NCBI GenBank assembly: GCA_010093815.1
Contig: ML996570.1
Length of the DNA stretch: 64,000 bases
DNA from: Pseudovirgaria hyperparasitica
Taxonomy: Eukaryota
Direction: 5' to 3' (one strand)
Positions 13,783 through 25,955 of the stretch are shown here, piece by piece. The position numbers and the translations under genes are program-made. The first letter of the stretch is position 1; each line of letters begins with the position of its first letter. The notes below the pieces were generated by a model, which ran no database searches, was not told the origin of the DNA, and saw only the letters and a program-made list of their open reading frames with translations.

Positions 13783-13892
13783 GGCCCACTAGTCTAGTGG
13801 TAGTCAACAACGTGGTTAAAGAAATCTCAATACCCCAACATGATAGAGCCCGGGTTCGATCTGCGCGATACGAGTTTCTTTTGTATTTTTTT
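13783..13892 (+). pseudogene. tRNA-like relic (Pol III A box, B box and oligo-T); does not fold as a tRNA
   Basis: GGCCCAC followed by TAGTCTAGTGG (13790-13800), GGTTCGATC (13853-13861) and a run of 7 T (13886-13892). Acceptor and T stems do not pair. Confidence 0.3.
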
Positions 13893-14088
13893 ACGCGAGA
13901 TTCCGGCTTTTGAACAGTGTCGTTGGAGGCTTGGCATTGTATTTTTATGACCTTTTTTGCGTCTTCTTCGGATGTATACAGCGTAGTATCAGGGTTAAGG
14001 AAGCTTGTTTCATGTGTAAAGTCACATCAAATTGGGTATTCATTGCTTTGTAAACATTTTTCATGTCCTCAAGATGTTTTGGCATCTC

Positions 14089-16591
14089 CTAGGACAGCAA
14101 ATCGCTTATCTTGAACAACCGCAAAGACGCATCGTCGCTAGCTACGACAAATTGCAATTCTACCCCTGTGGAGCTCTCGCTACCAGGCATGGTCTCTCCT
14201 CTAATCTTGCGCCACGACAGTTCATTGACCGTCTTCGTGGGTGCAATCGCACGATCCATCGTATCGGCCGAAGCAACACTCAAGTCACCACACCTAATGC
14301 GTACAATGCCAACCGCCCCATCTTCAAGCCCAAACGCCAACACATAGCTCTCATGTACAACGTCAGGCGCAAAAGCGACAGCAGTGACTGACGTCGAAGC
14401 AGCAAGTGTCTGCACCACCGTAGCCTCCTTGCCCTCAAGTTTCCAGATCTTGACGGCTTTGTCTCGGCCAGCAGTTGCAAAGAGTCGAGGGCCAGCACCC
14501 GGTGCCCATGCGCCATCGAGGATCATTCGCGAATGGCCCTTGGGATTGCACGCTGCGAGCTTGTATTCGTTCTCGTTCTCGCTATTGCGTTGAAACACTG
14601 CCCATTGTCTGTCGCGACTCACGCTGAGCAGATACTCATCATCGTGTGAGAATGCTAGGCCAGTGACTGTCAAGGTGTGTGCGGTGAGTGCCGGCTTGAC
14701 CTCTCTCCATTCCTTTGTCTCGTATAGTCTGATGACGGCATGATCGATCGAGCTTGCTTTGCAGGCTGTTGCTACAACTTTCCCATTATGAGATGCAGCG
14801 ACTGCGGATATTTCATAGCCGTGCCCGTACAGCTTTTCTGTTTCGGGCCAGAGTAGGTGTCGGGCGAGATGGTCTTCATGTGGAGGGTGGCGGATATCTA
14901 GCGTCGACTTGAGAACGACGGAAGCTGGGTCGATGGGTATGCGTTCATCGTCCTGGTCATCTACATCCGCATTGTCTTCGACAGCTTGTATGGCTTTGTT
15001 GGATAAGCCAAGGACTGGGATGTTGGCAGCGTCGGGGAGCTTCCCCTCAGTGTGTGTTTTTATTCCGCATAGACGTTCCAGTAAGTTGGCAACTGCTGAT
15101 GGTTCATCAAAAACTCGGAGGAGCTTCTCATCTGCGCCCGACACGAATCGGCCCGGCCCTATAGAACTTACGCAATTTAGATCGTAACCGTGGATCTGGG
15201 GTCGGCAGAATTCGTGCCACGATCTGTTACCGTTTCCCGTCCACTCTGCAAATAACCGCGTCGTCTGGTCAGATCCGGTGGAGATGACATAAGTGTGGTC
15301 GGCAGCCCAACATGCACTCTTCACCTCTTTCGTATGCCCTGTGATAGCAACATCCTGCATCCACATATCCTTCGTCTTGTCGTAATTCCACAAACGCCAA
15401 CTCCCTGTCCGACCAAGACTCACAACGGAGTCTCCAGCACGAGACCACAGGCCGATCCAGAAGCCACCCGTACTGCCCGTTGCTGACGTCGAACCTTTCT
15501 GAGCACTGATCTCGCCAAGTCTCGTCGTGCAAATCCACACCCCAGACGCCGGATCAGCTTCCCATATCGAGAGGGAATTATCTGCAGATGCCGACAAAAG
15601 TCTAAGGTTAGGACCTTGACGGTGCCAATTCGCAGTAAATATCCAATCCTCATGTCCAAGAAGAAGCGCTTCAAAGGTAAGCGAATAGAAATTCTCCTGA
15701 GTATCGAATCTATGCGCTTTGTTCGACAGCGACTTCCCCAATACGCCCAGGGACGGATCATTAGCAGCCCTCGAGCTCGGCGGAAGTTCCTGTCCGGCGT
15801 GGATGCGCCATAATCGGATGTACTTGTCCTGGCTCGCGGATGCCAGGAGCAGGTCGGAGTTTGCGTCAGACGTTTCTCGTGTGAAAGACAAGGATCTGAT
15901 CCATGCTTCATGTCCCGTTAATGTTGCCTCAAGTGAGTACCCGTAGTCCGCAAAGATGTAGACCTGGATCGCTGTCCTGGTGCCCGCGATTGCTAATACC
16001 ATGGTCTCCGAGTCCAACTGAGCCACGGCTAGACACAATGGAAAATGCCGGGGGATCAAGGTAATACTATGTACTAGATCTGCTTTCACGAACGACCCAG
16101 CGTCGTCGAAGACGCTGCGCCATATCTTCACAGTGCCGTCTGCAGCGCCGGTGGTGAAAGTGGTACTACCAGGCACCGTTGCGATGGAATGGATCGATGC
16201 TGAGTGGTCAGTCAGGACTTGGGAACAGATAAAACCATTCGGCGAGGATGGATCAGGACTCCATATGCGCAATGTCTTGTCTGCGGCGCCGCTGATAAAG
16301 AGGGGTGTTGAGTTAGGAGTGTAGAGAAACATGATGGCGCTGACGGTATCGGTGTGGCCAGGCAGAAGGGCATGGATGCCATGATATGATGTGTCCTAGA
16401 GTATGTCATTATATGAGACGCCTCTATGAGTTTCAACGAAGCTCAATCTCTGATGAACTTACTAGTGGACTCCACACTGCAACATTGTTGCTGGCTCCAA
16501 ACACCAGCAAGTCTGAGTTCTGATCCCAGTCCGCCGCCGAAGGGTGCCGATTCCCACCTGCAGCGAGGAAGTCTGCTTTGATCTCGACCAT
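14089..16591 (-). CDS. ELP2: Elongator complex subunit 2 (WD40)
   Basis: Starts MVEIKADFLAAGGNRHPSAADW (ATG at 16591), with one intron near 16400-16462. Hallmarks: LASASQDKYIRLWR, RPQIHGYDLNC, GADEKLLRVF, LGLSNKA and LWPETEKLYGHGYEI. Confidence 0.95.
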
Positions 16592-16774
16592 CCTTATAAC
16601 TATCTATTCATGACGCCCCCCAAAAAAACGTGCATGGGTATCGAAAACGTGACCTCTCCATGACTGAATGAAATTTATGCCGCTAGGAACCACGCCAAGA
16701 CTCGCTAGGGATTTCCCTTACCCAGAAAGTCCCTGCGGCTCCAAACATCACACGTTCTATCAACACATTCCATC
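16592..16774. promoter_or_regulatory. 183-bp bidirectional promoter region between ELP2 and URM1
   Basis: Divergent ATGs at 16591 and 16775. AAAACGTG occurs twice (16625, 16644), CGCTAGG twice (16681, 16703), and there is an RRPE-like TGAAATTT (16669). Confidence 0.6.
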
Positions 16775-17216
16775 ATGTCAGACACAGGAACAATACCAAT
16801 CCGCCTCTCTTTTGGCGGTGGTCTAGAAGCCTACTTTTCAAACAAACGCACTCAAACCGTCCAAGTGCCAAGTAAAGACGAATCCGGCGCCCCGTCAAAC
16901 GCCGCTTTCCTGATCCGATATCTGCACGAGAATATCATGCAATACCATGGCGAGGCCAAAAACAATCCATTCGTAACACCTGAGGGTGACGTGTATGTTT
17001 GAGCTTCACATTCTACAGTCCCTATCAGGCATGAATGAATGAGGGCAAGGTGTGACATACTGACATGCGAACAGGAGACCGGGCATTCTCGTGTTGATTG
17101 GAGATCCGGATGAGATTGATGGCGAGTTGGCAGACTGGGAGCTGGAGGGTGAGGGTGCATATGTGTTGAAGCCAAACACGCTGGTGTCGTTCATTTCGTC
17201 GTTGCATGGAGGGTGA
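16775..17216 (+). CDS. URM1: Ubiquitin-related modifier 1 (sulfur carrier for tRNA thiolation), 2 exons
   Basis: FGGGLE near the N-terminus. After intron 16993-17074 the frame reads VRPGILVLI...ADWELEGE...[12 protein letters not shown], ending in di-glycine. Confidence 0.93.
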
Positions 17217-17522
17217 AAGCTTGGATTGAAGCATAGACATGGGGGCGTGAAGCATAGACGATACTACTGTTCTGATCTGTGGAGGAGGAACATGCAACCA
17301 TGTCATGGGCGACGCGAGCCTTGGGTGTGCACAGTGGAAATGAGAGGAAAGTACTCATGGCAGGTCACGTGGCATCACACTACGAGCAAATAGCATATGA
17401 TGAGCTTGTAAGTGGAGAATGGCTTTCTACGAGGATAGTATGCTATTCTATGGTAAAGACCGATCAGGCCTCGCGGGGAACGCCGGGACATGCAGGGCTC
17501 ATGAGATACTGAGAGGTGGGTA

Positions 17523-18686
17523 TCACAACTTCAACTCTCCTTCGAAACCATCGACATGCATGAAGTTTGCTCGGAGGGGCGTTACGCTAGGACATTATTA
17601 GTTTGATCAGAACTCTACTGGAGATTGAGGACTCACCTGATGTCCTTCTCTTTCACCACCCATCCATCACTACCAGGTCCACCTCTTTCTACGCTCTCGT
17701 ATACGTCGGTGATCTTCGGAGCCCACTTGAAGTGCTTATGTTTATATCTAAAGGCCTTTGGTTTCTTCCCGTTCATACTTGTGGGCGCCTCGCCTTCCTC
17801 GCTTTCCCTAATCTCCACCTCCGCTTTGTCTGCGTCTTCCGCGACTTTCTCGCCCTCATCGGGCACCTCAACTTCTTGGAAACAGCTTCCGCTCGTCCAT
17901 GTATTCTGCAACATCCGAGTCCATAGCACCTTCTTTTGCTCGACTCCTTCTACAAGCGGCACGTTGACGGTATAGACGTGTACATCAGGCTTCCAGTTCG
18001 CGGCCAGGTTTTCGATAATCTTGACACTGATGCGACTTGCGCCAGCCACGATTTCCGGATCATGATTCTTGTCGAAAAACGCGTATGAGAGTGCAATGGC
18101 GCGCTTACCACAGACAGCAGCTTCCATAGCACCGCCCAGTGTCCCACTAGACAGCGAGAAGCACGCCGTGGTATTGCGCCCGTAGTTCGGCCCAGAGACA
18201 ACGAGGTCGATTGGACCACGCGACTCGAAGAAGTGGTGCAGACCAATTTGTACGCATGATGCTGGCGTGCTGTCTATCAACACCCACTCGTCCTGGTGTG
18301 GCTCGTCGTCGCCCTCTTCGCCTTCTCTTATCGTGCCTGCAAGCGGTGTTTTGCTCGTTGTGCCTTGGTTGTTCAGCGCGCCAGTGCTATCACGTCTTAC
18401 AGCGCCTGGTCGGTAGTATGTTGGCGTAATGGCTTGGCCTACCATATGGGCCTTTCCGATCCATGAGCGCTGGACATGCGGCAGGACGACGGAGACAGTG
18501 TGGCCGGCGGACTGCAATTGGGAGATGAGAGTGTGAACATAGGGCGAAGATTGGTTCGAGGGTGGACCGTCATCGTTTGTTACCTGGGCAATTATCAGAA
18601 TTGAATCTCTTCCCAAGTAGCGAGGAAGGTTAGGATAACAATGAGGCCAGGGACAGACTGCGGGGAAGACGTACGAGGATATGCAT
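17523..18686 (-). CDS. SurE-family phosphatase/nucleotidase (stand-alone PBY1 N-terminal-type domain), 3 exons
   Basis: MHIL|VTNDDGPPS, QRSWIGKAH, STPASCVQIGL, DLVVSGPNYGRN, SSGTLGGAMEAA. Last exon VTPLRANFMHV..LKL-stop. Confidence 0.88.
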
Positions 18687-19510
18687 GGTTGCGCCGGTGG
18701 AATGGATGTACGAATCGGATCAGTCGAAATTATATGTACCGAAGTTGGACAACGCGAAGAGTGAATTGAGGCGTTAGTGAGTGTACAGTCCTAACCGGCG
18801 CAATGTTCTCCTTCATTGACGACATGTGGGCGAAATTGCCCCCGCCACACCTTCCTGTCCACCGTAGTGGGGCTTTCTTCATTGGGCAACTACAGGCGGC
18901 CCGCTGTCAGATGCCGAGCCCTATTTGCCCTGATCCAGACGACGACAACAATAACATCACCAACAACACGCCCGTGGACACTTCATAGTTGATTGACCTC
19001 GTCAGAACGGCGTGTCAGGAATACCAAGACGATGTGATGCCGATGATCATGGATGGTGAAAACTTTCCGCCCACAGCACAGCCAAATGACTTGAATCCCC
19101 GTGAAGTTTCCATTCACAACGCGTCGAAACGGTGGTTTCGACCTCACGCAGTGCCATTGAGATGGCTCGGTACGGCCGATATGACCTCGCGAAGCCTTTT
19201 TCACAGACCTTCTCGGCCTTGTTTGAGACGCGAGCGCGAGGTTACGAGGTTACGAATGGGTAGGGTATAAGTTTCTTCGGATCCCCGCAAGGCCCGGAGA
19301 ATCGAGAGTATATATGCACGTCGGACGCAGCTGCATGTAGGTTTCTGGCAGAAGAAATTCTACCTCAGGGGAAAAACAGCGCTTGCATCTACTGGCATCC
19401 GCTTCTCACCACTGTTACTCTTCATCCTCACTACGTCTTTCTATCCAGAACATATCTCAGAATCGTGCTCCCATTCGTCGCGTTCAAAAAACTCCCTACC
19501 TCGCATAAAA

Positions 19511-20371
19511 ATGGTTGTCGCAGTACCATCAGCCTCTCTTGAGGGCAAAGTTGCTCTCATCACAGGTGCTGGCCGTGGCATCGGCCGTGGAGTCGCCCTC
19601 GAGCTGGGCAAGCGCGGCGCCTCGGTCGTGGTCAACTATGTGTCCTCCAAGACCGCCGCGCAAGAAGTAGTCGACACGATACACAGCTACGAGAATGGCG
19701 CCAAAGCCGTGGCCGTGCAAGCCGACGTCTCCAAGGTATCAGAGATCACTCGGCTGTTCGCCGAGGCCAAGCAGGCCATGGGCAAGATCGACATCGTGAT
19801 GAGCAATTCCGGCGTCGAGAGCTGGGACAAGACGGAGGAGATCTCGGAGGAGAAGTTCGACCATGTGTTCAATCTGAATGCGCGCGCGCAGTTCTTCGTC
19901 GGACAGGCCGCGTACAAGAACATCGAGGACAACGGACGCGTCATTCTCATGTCGTCGATTGCGGCGGGTCTGCTTGGTGTCAAGGACCATGCTCTGTACA
20001 ATGCATCGAAGATGGCGGTTATTGGGATGGTCAAGAGCTTTGCGACAGACTTTGGGAAGCGCGGTATCACTGTCAACGGTGTTGCGCCAGGTGGCATTAT
20101 GAGCGACATGTTTACGCAGAACGCGTGGCATTACATTCCTGGCGGCACGCCTGATATGCCGGGCGAGAACGTCGAACAGCTCATGAAAGACAGCTGTCCA
20201 CTGGGACGAGTCGCCCACCCTGAGGATGTCGCGAGGGTAGTCGCCTTCCTTGCAAGTGAAGACGGCGGTTGGGTTAACGGTGAGTGCATTCCCAGAAACC
20301 GATAATTATCGAATGTCAGCTAACGTCTTGCAGGCCAGATCATGACCATTAGTGGGGGCAGTTCTCAGTGA
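19511..20371 (+). CDS. BRN2: 1,3,6,8-tetrahydroxynaphthalene reductase-type SDR (DHN-melanin pathway)
   Basis: TGAGRGIG, SNSG.ESWDKTEEI, YNASK, DMFTQNAWHYIPGG. After intron ~20280-20333 it ends GQIMTISGGSSQ, matching my recollection of Dothideomycete 4HNR/BRN2. Confidence 0.82.
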
Positions 20372-20818
20372 AACGAATCATTGTCAATCATGGATTCTAC
20401 ATCACTGTCACGGAGGATTTCGGTAGCGGTCAAGCATTTCGGCGGGTCAAGCGGCATTGCATTTGTACAACTCGGGGAGCATTGTGAGTACAATGGTTCA
20501 CGGGTGTTATGATATCACGAGCAACGGTAGCACACGGGTTGATACAGTGCGATTGTCGGTTTGTAAGAAAAGAAAAGTTATAAAGTCTCTATTCCACCCA
20601 GATTCATAAGTCATATCCGATCCTTGAGGAAAACGCTAGTTCTATAGTAGTACACTGTTGAAATATTCCTTTTTAAAGCTGTCTCACAAGCAACCAGGCT
20701 CGGAGTCCGAACGTAACGATACCCAACTCCCGATTCGGAAATTAGATTTCCGACTTCGCTCCATTCGACAACAATCACAAATCGGCCATGGATGGCCAGC
20801 ACAACGTCAACTGCAACC

Positions 20819-22463
20819 CTAGCCAATACTCGCTATCACCGAATCCTTGCGATCCACTAACGGCGCCACCTGCCTCTTCTTCAGCAACACCTTGATCTGC
20901 GGATTGGGCATGTACCCGCCCGCGCTCTTGATCCGCTTCGGCTTAACCTGATCCTCATCCCTGAACTTCAACTCGTAATTCTCAATCAAGTGCATGATGA
21001 TCAACTTGACCTGCTCCACAGCATAGTGACGCCCAGGACACGCATGCGACCCATGCCCAAAAGACAGCGAATCCGGACCCGTAGCCACAAAATGATGCTT
21101 CGTGTCCTGCCCTGGCTGCTCGCGCAGCTTGCTCCAGCGGAACCCGTCGAAGCTATCCACGTCCTCCCACGGCGTAGGGTCCGTGGCAATGGCCACGTGC
21201 GTGCCCGCGGGAATCAGCGTGCCGTCCTTGAGCACGATGTCCTGCATCGCCTTGCGGCGAAAGTGGATGATGAGGATCGGGTGGATGCGCTGGCCCTCCT
21301 TGAGGAAGCTGTCGAGCTTCTTCATGCGCGCTACGCTCGCCTTGGTGGGCTTCAGCTCTTCGTCGCCGATCTCCGGGACTTCGACGAGGTCGCCGGCTTC
21401 CTCCTTTGCGGCGGCGGCTTCGGCGCGCAGCGGCTCCGCGTACCAGGGCCGTTCGGCGAGGTCGTAGATGGCGTTTGTGGTGACGGTGGAGGTGGTGTGT
21501 AGGGCGGCGAGCGAGAGGACGAGCAGGGTGTGGGCGTGGATGTCGAGGTTTGCGCGGTACTTTGCGTCGGGGGCGTTGCGCAGGTTGAAGACGGACAGCG
21601 AGGGGGTGGTGGACTTGTCTTCGTAGCAGGCCATGTTCTTCTCCAGGACCGGCTTGACGAGGCGCTTCATGGTCTCGAGGGCGGTGTTGACGTTCTGGAT
21701 CTCCTTGAGGAAGTACTGTGCAAAGGGCCGGAGTAGCGGGTGGTAGGCGCGGATGGCGCCCATGGCGGTGAAGGTGTCCTTGGTGAAGGACATGGTGGTG
21801 CGGATGTATTCGGGGTCGCGGTTGAGCGGGTTGCCGACGAAGACGCGGCCGACGGCCAGGGCGACGATTTTGAAGATCTTGGACATGATCTCGACTTCGG
21901 TCCAGTCTTCGCACGTCGGCATGAGTTTGGAAAAGGCGATTTCGATTTCCTCGTTGACGTCGGGCTCGAGCTTCTGGAGGTTGCGGGTGAGGTCGCGTTT
22001 GACACTCGCGCGGCCGACTTCGACGTTGCCGCCCACGGCGCTGACGGAGCCTAGGCTGTAATGGGGGAGGAAGCGTTCGTCTTGGTCTTCCATTGCGCTG
22101 AGCTTGCTGTCTGGGAGCGACTTTAGCTCGTCGAGCTTGTTGATGGGGAGGATGACTGTGTCCGCGTGGACTTGGGGGATCTTGTAGTATGTAGATTCGG
22201 ATCCATACTGTGCGTGGTGTCAGTATAGATGGTCAAGATCAGGCATGATAGTAGACTCTTACCTTCTTGTATCCTTCTTGGATGAGCTCGTGTATTTGTG
22301 CTGGTTGCGGGCCGGAGAATTCATCTGCTATGTTTGGTGCCTTGAAGTCTTTTGTGTGATACTTTTGATATAGGTAAAAGGCAGCTGAGAGGAGGCCTAA
22401 AGCTACAGCGGCAACTAGTAGCTCAGGATGGGACTGGACAAGGGGTTTTAATTGGGTCAACAT
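20819..22463 (-). CDS. Cytochrome P450, ent-kaurene-oxidase/terpenoid-tailoring-like (2 exons)
   Basis: N-terminal TM anchor, I-helix LSLAALHTTS, ExxR in LDSFLKEGQR, FDGFRW, and heme motif SFGHGSHACPGR. Confidence 0.92.
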
Positions 22464-25270
22464 CTCGGGATGTGGAATTCACTCATACGAAAACGGCAAT
22501 CCGAAAAAAAGTGTAAACGAAAAAAGACCTGAAATGACTTGGGGGATGGTCAATTGTGTCTCTGTCTTAGCCTTGGCTTTACCGGGACTTGAGGATATTA
22601 TATCGAGCCCCAGCCTCGACTCTCAGTCGACCAGATCCCATCGGATCTGACTATGATGTCCATGTTTGGAGCAAGTCGGGCGTTGCAACACCGGCTTCTG
22701 CGTCATACCTGTGGCACTCCAGACGTGGTAGTCGGAGCATCGGAGGTTGGTATGTGCATTGCAAAAACCTCGATCTCCTTGAGATTTCGGGATGACCACG
22801 CGTTCGACCTAACCCGGGTGGGCAGATATTATAACTGCATGTTGCGTGAGAAGGGGCCCACACGTGATGTGAGTATTTTCGTATTCCGTATTCATGAAAC
22901 AAGGGTTCTGGCGATCTTGCCAAGTGTAGCCAAGATATCCCAAGCAAAGCCAAGTTTGCGGCCGCTAGTGATGTTGCGGTTAGCCGGCCCGCCGCCTGGA
23001 AACGCCGCTTCGGTAGCTCTTCCGCGATTGCGCTCCGCAACCACTGCTGTAAACACTGTTCAGTTGCGGCATGTTGGCGCCGAAGCTTGATCCTGTGTTT
23101 CAGATTTCACATGAACGTCATATCTGCCTGCGTACCTGACGATCATGATCCTCGTCCGTTCAAGCATGCGTTTCGACATGCCTCGCGTGTAGACTTCCGT
23201 TAATCTCTCCGTGAACGTGTCTCCACGCACTGCTCTGGCTCCAAGCAGCAGTAAGTATTCGTCGGGATACCTGGGCGCAACACAGGACGCCTCAATAGCA
23301 TCATGCTCGCCTTTTCAACTGCCGGGCGAGACACAGCACCCCTGCTTCCCTAGAATCATCAAAGACATACACGAGCGTACACATATCATGGACCGGCACT
23401 CTCAAATCACAATTCCGCACATCACACATCCTCACAGCACCCTCACGCATATACTCCCACGGAAAGCGAACAAAACACACGCAATCCCACAGCTACGCCC
23501 CGGTACCGCTTACCCACCCGCCCCAAATAGCCGCCCAGAACACACTCTTACGGCCGTTAAAAACGCTGCCGAATATTTCAAGCATGACCCTCCGCATCGA
23601 GATCGAGACTCACCGCAAAAGGAAGCAAAGCAGAACGCGTCAGCGTGAGATGTACGCAGATACTTGTCCAGAAGGAGGGGATGGAGGGGGCGTAAAGTCT
23701 CCGCTTGCCGTCGGAGATATGATGATGATGGATGTTGGCCATGGGGAAGGGATCACGATATGGATATTGGGAAAGTGCATACTAGACGTGTTGGGATTGG
23801 CGTATTCGCTTGTAAGTTCGTCGGTAATGCGGACCTGCAGATTGCCTAAGACGGTATTGTGCATTTTGTTACGACTATGCGCATGCACATGCATACGCAT
23901 ACGCATACGCACACGTCCAACTCCCGGTCTCTATCTCACCACATCGCAAGATGTTCAAGTATCGAATCACTGCATGTAAAGCACGGTGCCTTCTCGCCTC
24001 TGCAGCCTCCAGTGTAGACACCAGCGCGACGGAGACATTTCCTCCTCTCTGGCGGTAGCAGTAGGCGCTACCACCCCTGTCCACAAACCACGCCATATCC
24101 TCATCCAACATCCATCTCAACGCCAGATCACATCCAGCCTTCAACCTATTATGAAGAAATCAAAGATATACCATCCCACAGAGCGGTCGTGTATGTAGTC
24201 CCACACGTAGTCTCGCAGCCACGAAAGCAGCCCCTCATGCAGTCTCACGATATAATACGATGCATGCAACACGGCACATGCATACGCATCCATACACGCA
24301 CCCAATTCGTGCATGACACACAGTATTTCTTACTTCCCCATCTCAATTTACCCTTTACTTCACCCTTCACTTCACCTCCTCCCCGCCGATTCGATTCGAT
24401 CTGATCCGATCCGATCAGTTCAGTTCAGTTCCCTCAGTGCACGCAATTTCCTCATTCGCACAGTTTCCGGCAATATGATATGAAGGAGTATGGTAGGATA
24501 AGCTTACTCGCACCCCTCCGCGCCATCACTGCACCAACCCTCTGCACAGATAGCGGGCGTCAAAGGATAGGGTAGCGAAAGTAGGGGAGGAGTAGGGGAG
24601 TAGGTGAATAAAACTCCGTTGTTGGCGGAGGGTATGTGATGTGTGATATGCCAGTCTGTGATAGGGCAGTATGTAAGCATGTGATATACCAACGTACGTA
24701 TATGCCAGTACGCAAGTATCAGCTATCTACACGACCAAAGAGAGGGATTCTGGAGATTCTATGGTATGTTATACTGTGCTGTGCTATGCTGTGCTGTGCT
24801 ATGCTGTGCTGTGCCAGCTGTGCTGAGATAGACAAGTGAGTAGGTGAGTGCTGTGCATACAGTACGAATAGGTATGTGTGAAGGGGACGGAAAGGGGGAA
24901 TCGGGCAGAGGGATATGTATAAAGTGTATAAGTGTACAAAGTCCAGAATATGCAGAGAACCCAGCGACACCACAGCAGTCCTACTTTAACCGAGATCGAA
25001 CGAGATCAAGGCTGCACTTTCTTTCGAAGTTCGAATATATGTCTTTCGAATGTATTATATGTCCTTGCGAGTAAACGGACATGATGAGTGAGTGCTTTGA
25101 AAAGTGTTTGGTGCTGCAAGTTATGGCTGCGTGGTGCTTTTCGGACGGGCTGCTAGAACGTGCTGTGCTATCAGGGGCTGAGGGGGAGGTAGAGACAGAG
25201 AGATTGTGTGAAGTGTGGTTAACAACGGAGAGTCCTGTCTTTGCTTCGCTTTTCGTGTTTGGAGTGAGGT

Positions 25271-25312
25271 GTGAAGTGTGAAGTGTGAAGTGTGAAGTGT
25301 GAAGTGTGAAGT
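25271..25312. repeat. (GTGAAGT)6 tandem repeat
   Basis: Read directly from the sequence. Confidence 0.9.
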
Positions 25313-25395
25313 AGGTGTGGAGCGCCGCAGTCGTGAGCTGATTAGTACTTCTTCCATGTCTGTATAATCTTTATGAGTCCACGGTCTCGTGGAAG

Positions 25396-25523
25396 CCATA
25401 ATGCCATGCTTCCATAATGCCATGGTTCCATAATGCCATGGTTCCATAATGCCATGCTTCCATAATGCCATGCTTCCACAATGTCATGCTTCCATAATGC
25501 CATGGTTTCATAATACCACGAGT
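25396..25523. repeat. 16-bp minisatellite CCATAATGCCATG(C/G)TT, 7 good units plus 1 degenerate unit
   Basis: Units start at 25396, 25412, 25428, 25444, 25460, 25476, 25492 and 25508. Confidence 0.92.
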
Positions 25524-25955
25524 CCATAGTTCCGTAACAGAAGTCCACAGCACAAACCTACAACACCCTTACCCCTCCTTTCTTCGCTAAACCAAGCAGT
25601 GCCCCCCCTTCTCCGCGGAAGTATCCACACACCACGACACCAAACAAAAAATACAAACAAGCAGTGCAGAGAAGCAAGCACGTAGTATGAACATAGTGAA
25701 GAATTGTATTTGATGTATCCATCCCATCCCATCCCATTCTCATTCCCACTCAATCCCGTTCCTGCTCCTTTCTGCCGATAGTCAAGCAGATAAAACACAC
25801 GATAGTAATACAAAAGCAACAACCCCATCCATCACTCCCCATCGCTACCCACACACACCCCCAAAGCATCATGATTCGAAAAAAACACCCCCATATACGC
25901 CATCGCCATGCAAATCATTTCAACCCAGTCACAACCCTGCACTCCACTCCAACAT

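Noticed and set aside
18803..19270. Two in-frame short ORFs separated by one stop (possible readthrough or pseudogene)
   Set aside because: No recognisable motif, and the region is the divergent SurE/BRN2 promoter.
19511..20371. SDR as a steroid dehydrogenase dedicated to the P450 group
   Set aside because: The sequence matches the conserved melanin 4HNR/BRN2 type, which normally stands apart from the melanin PKS.
22589..25250. Short ORFs between the first two P450s as a hidden backbone enzyme or RiPP precursor
   Set aside because: No terpene-synthase, prenyltransferase or Kex2-repeat motifs. Mostly low-complexity sequence with no consistent splice pattern.
25121..25553. Repetitive peptides such as MALWKHGIMEPWHYG as a repeat precursor protein
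   Set aside because: They arise from translating a 16-bp unit, which is not a multiple of 3, and appear in all frames. There is no signal peptide or dibasic cleavage site.
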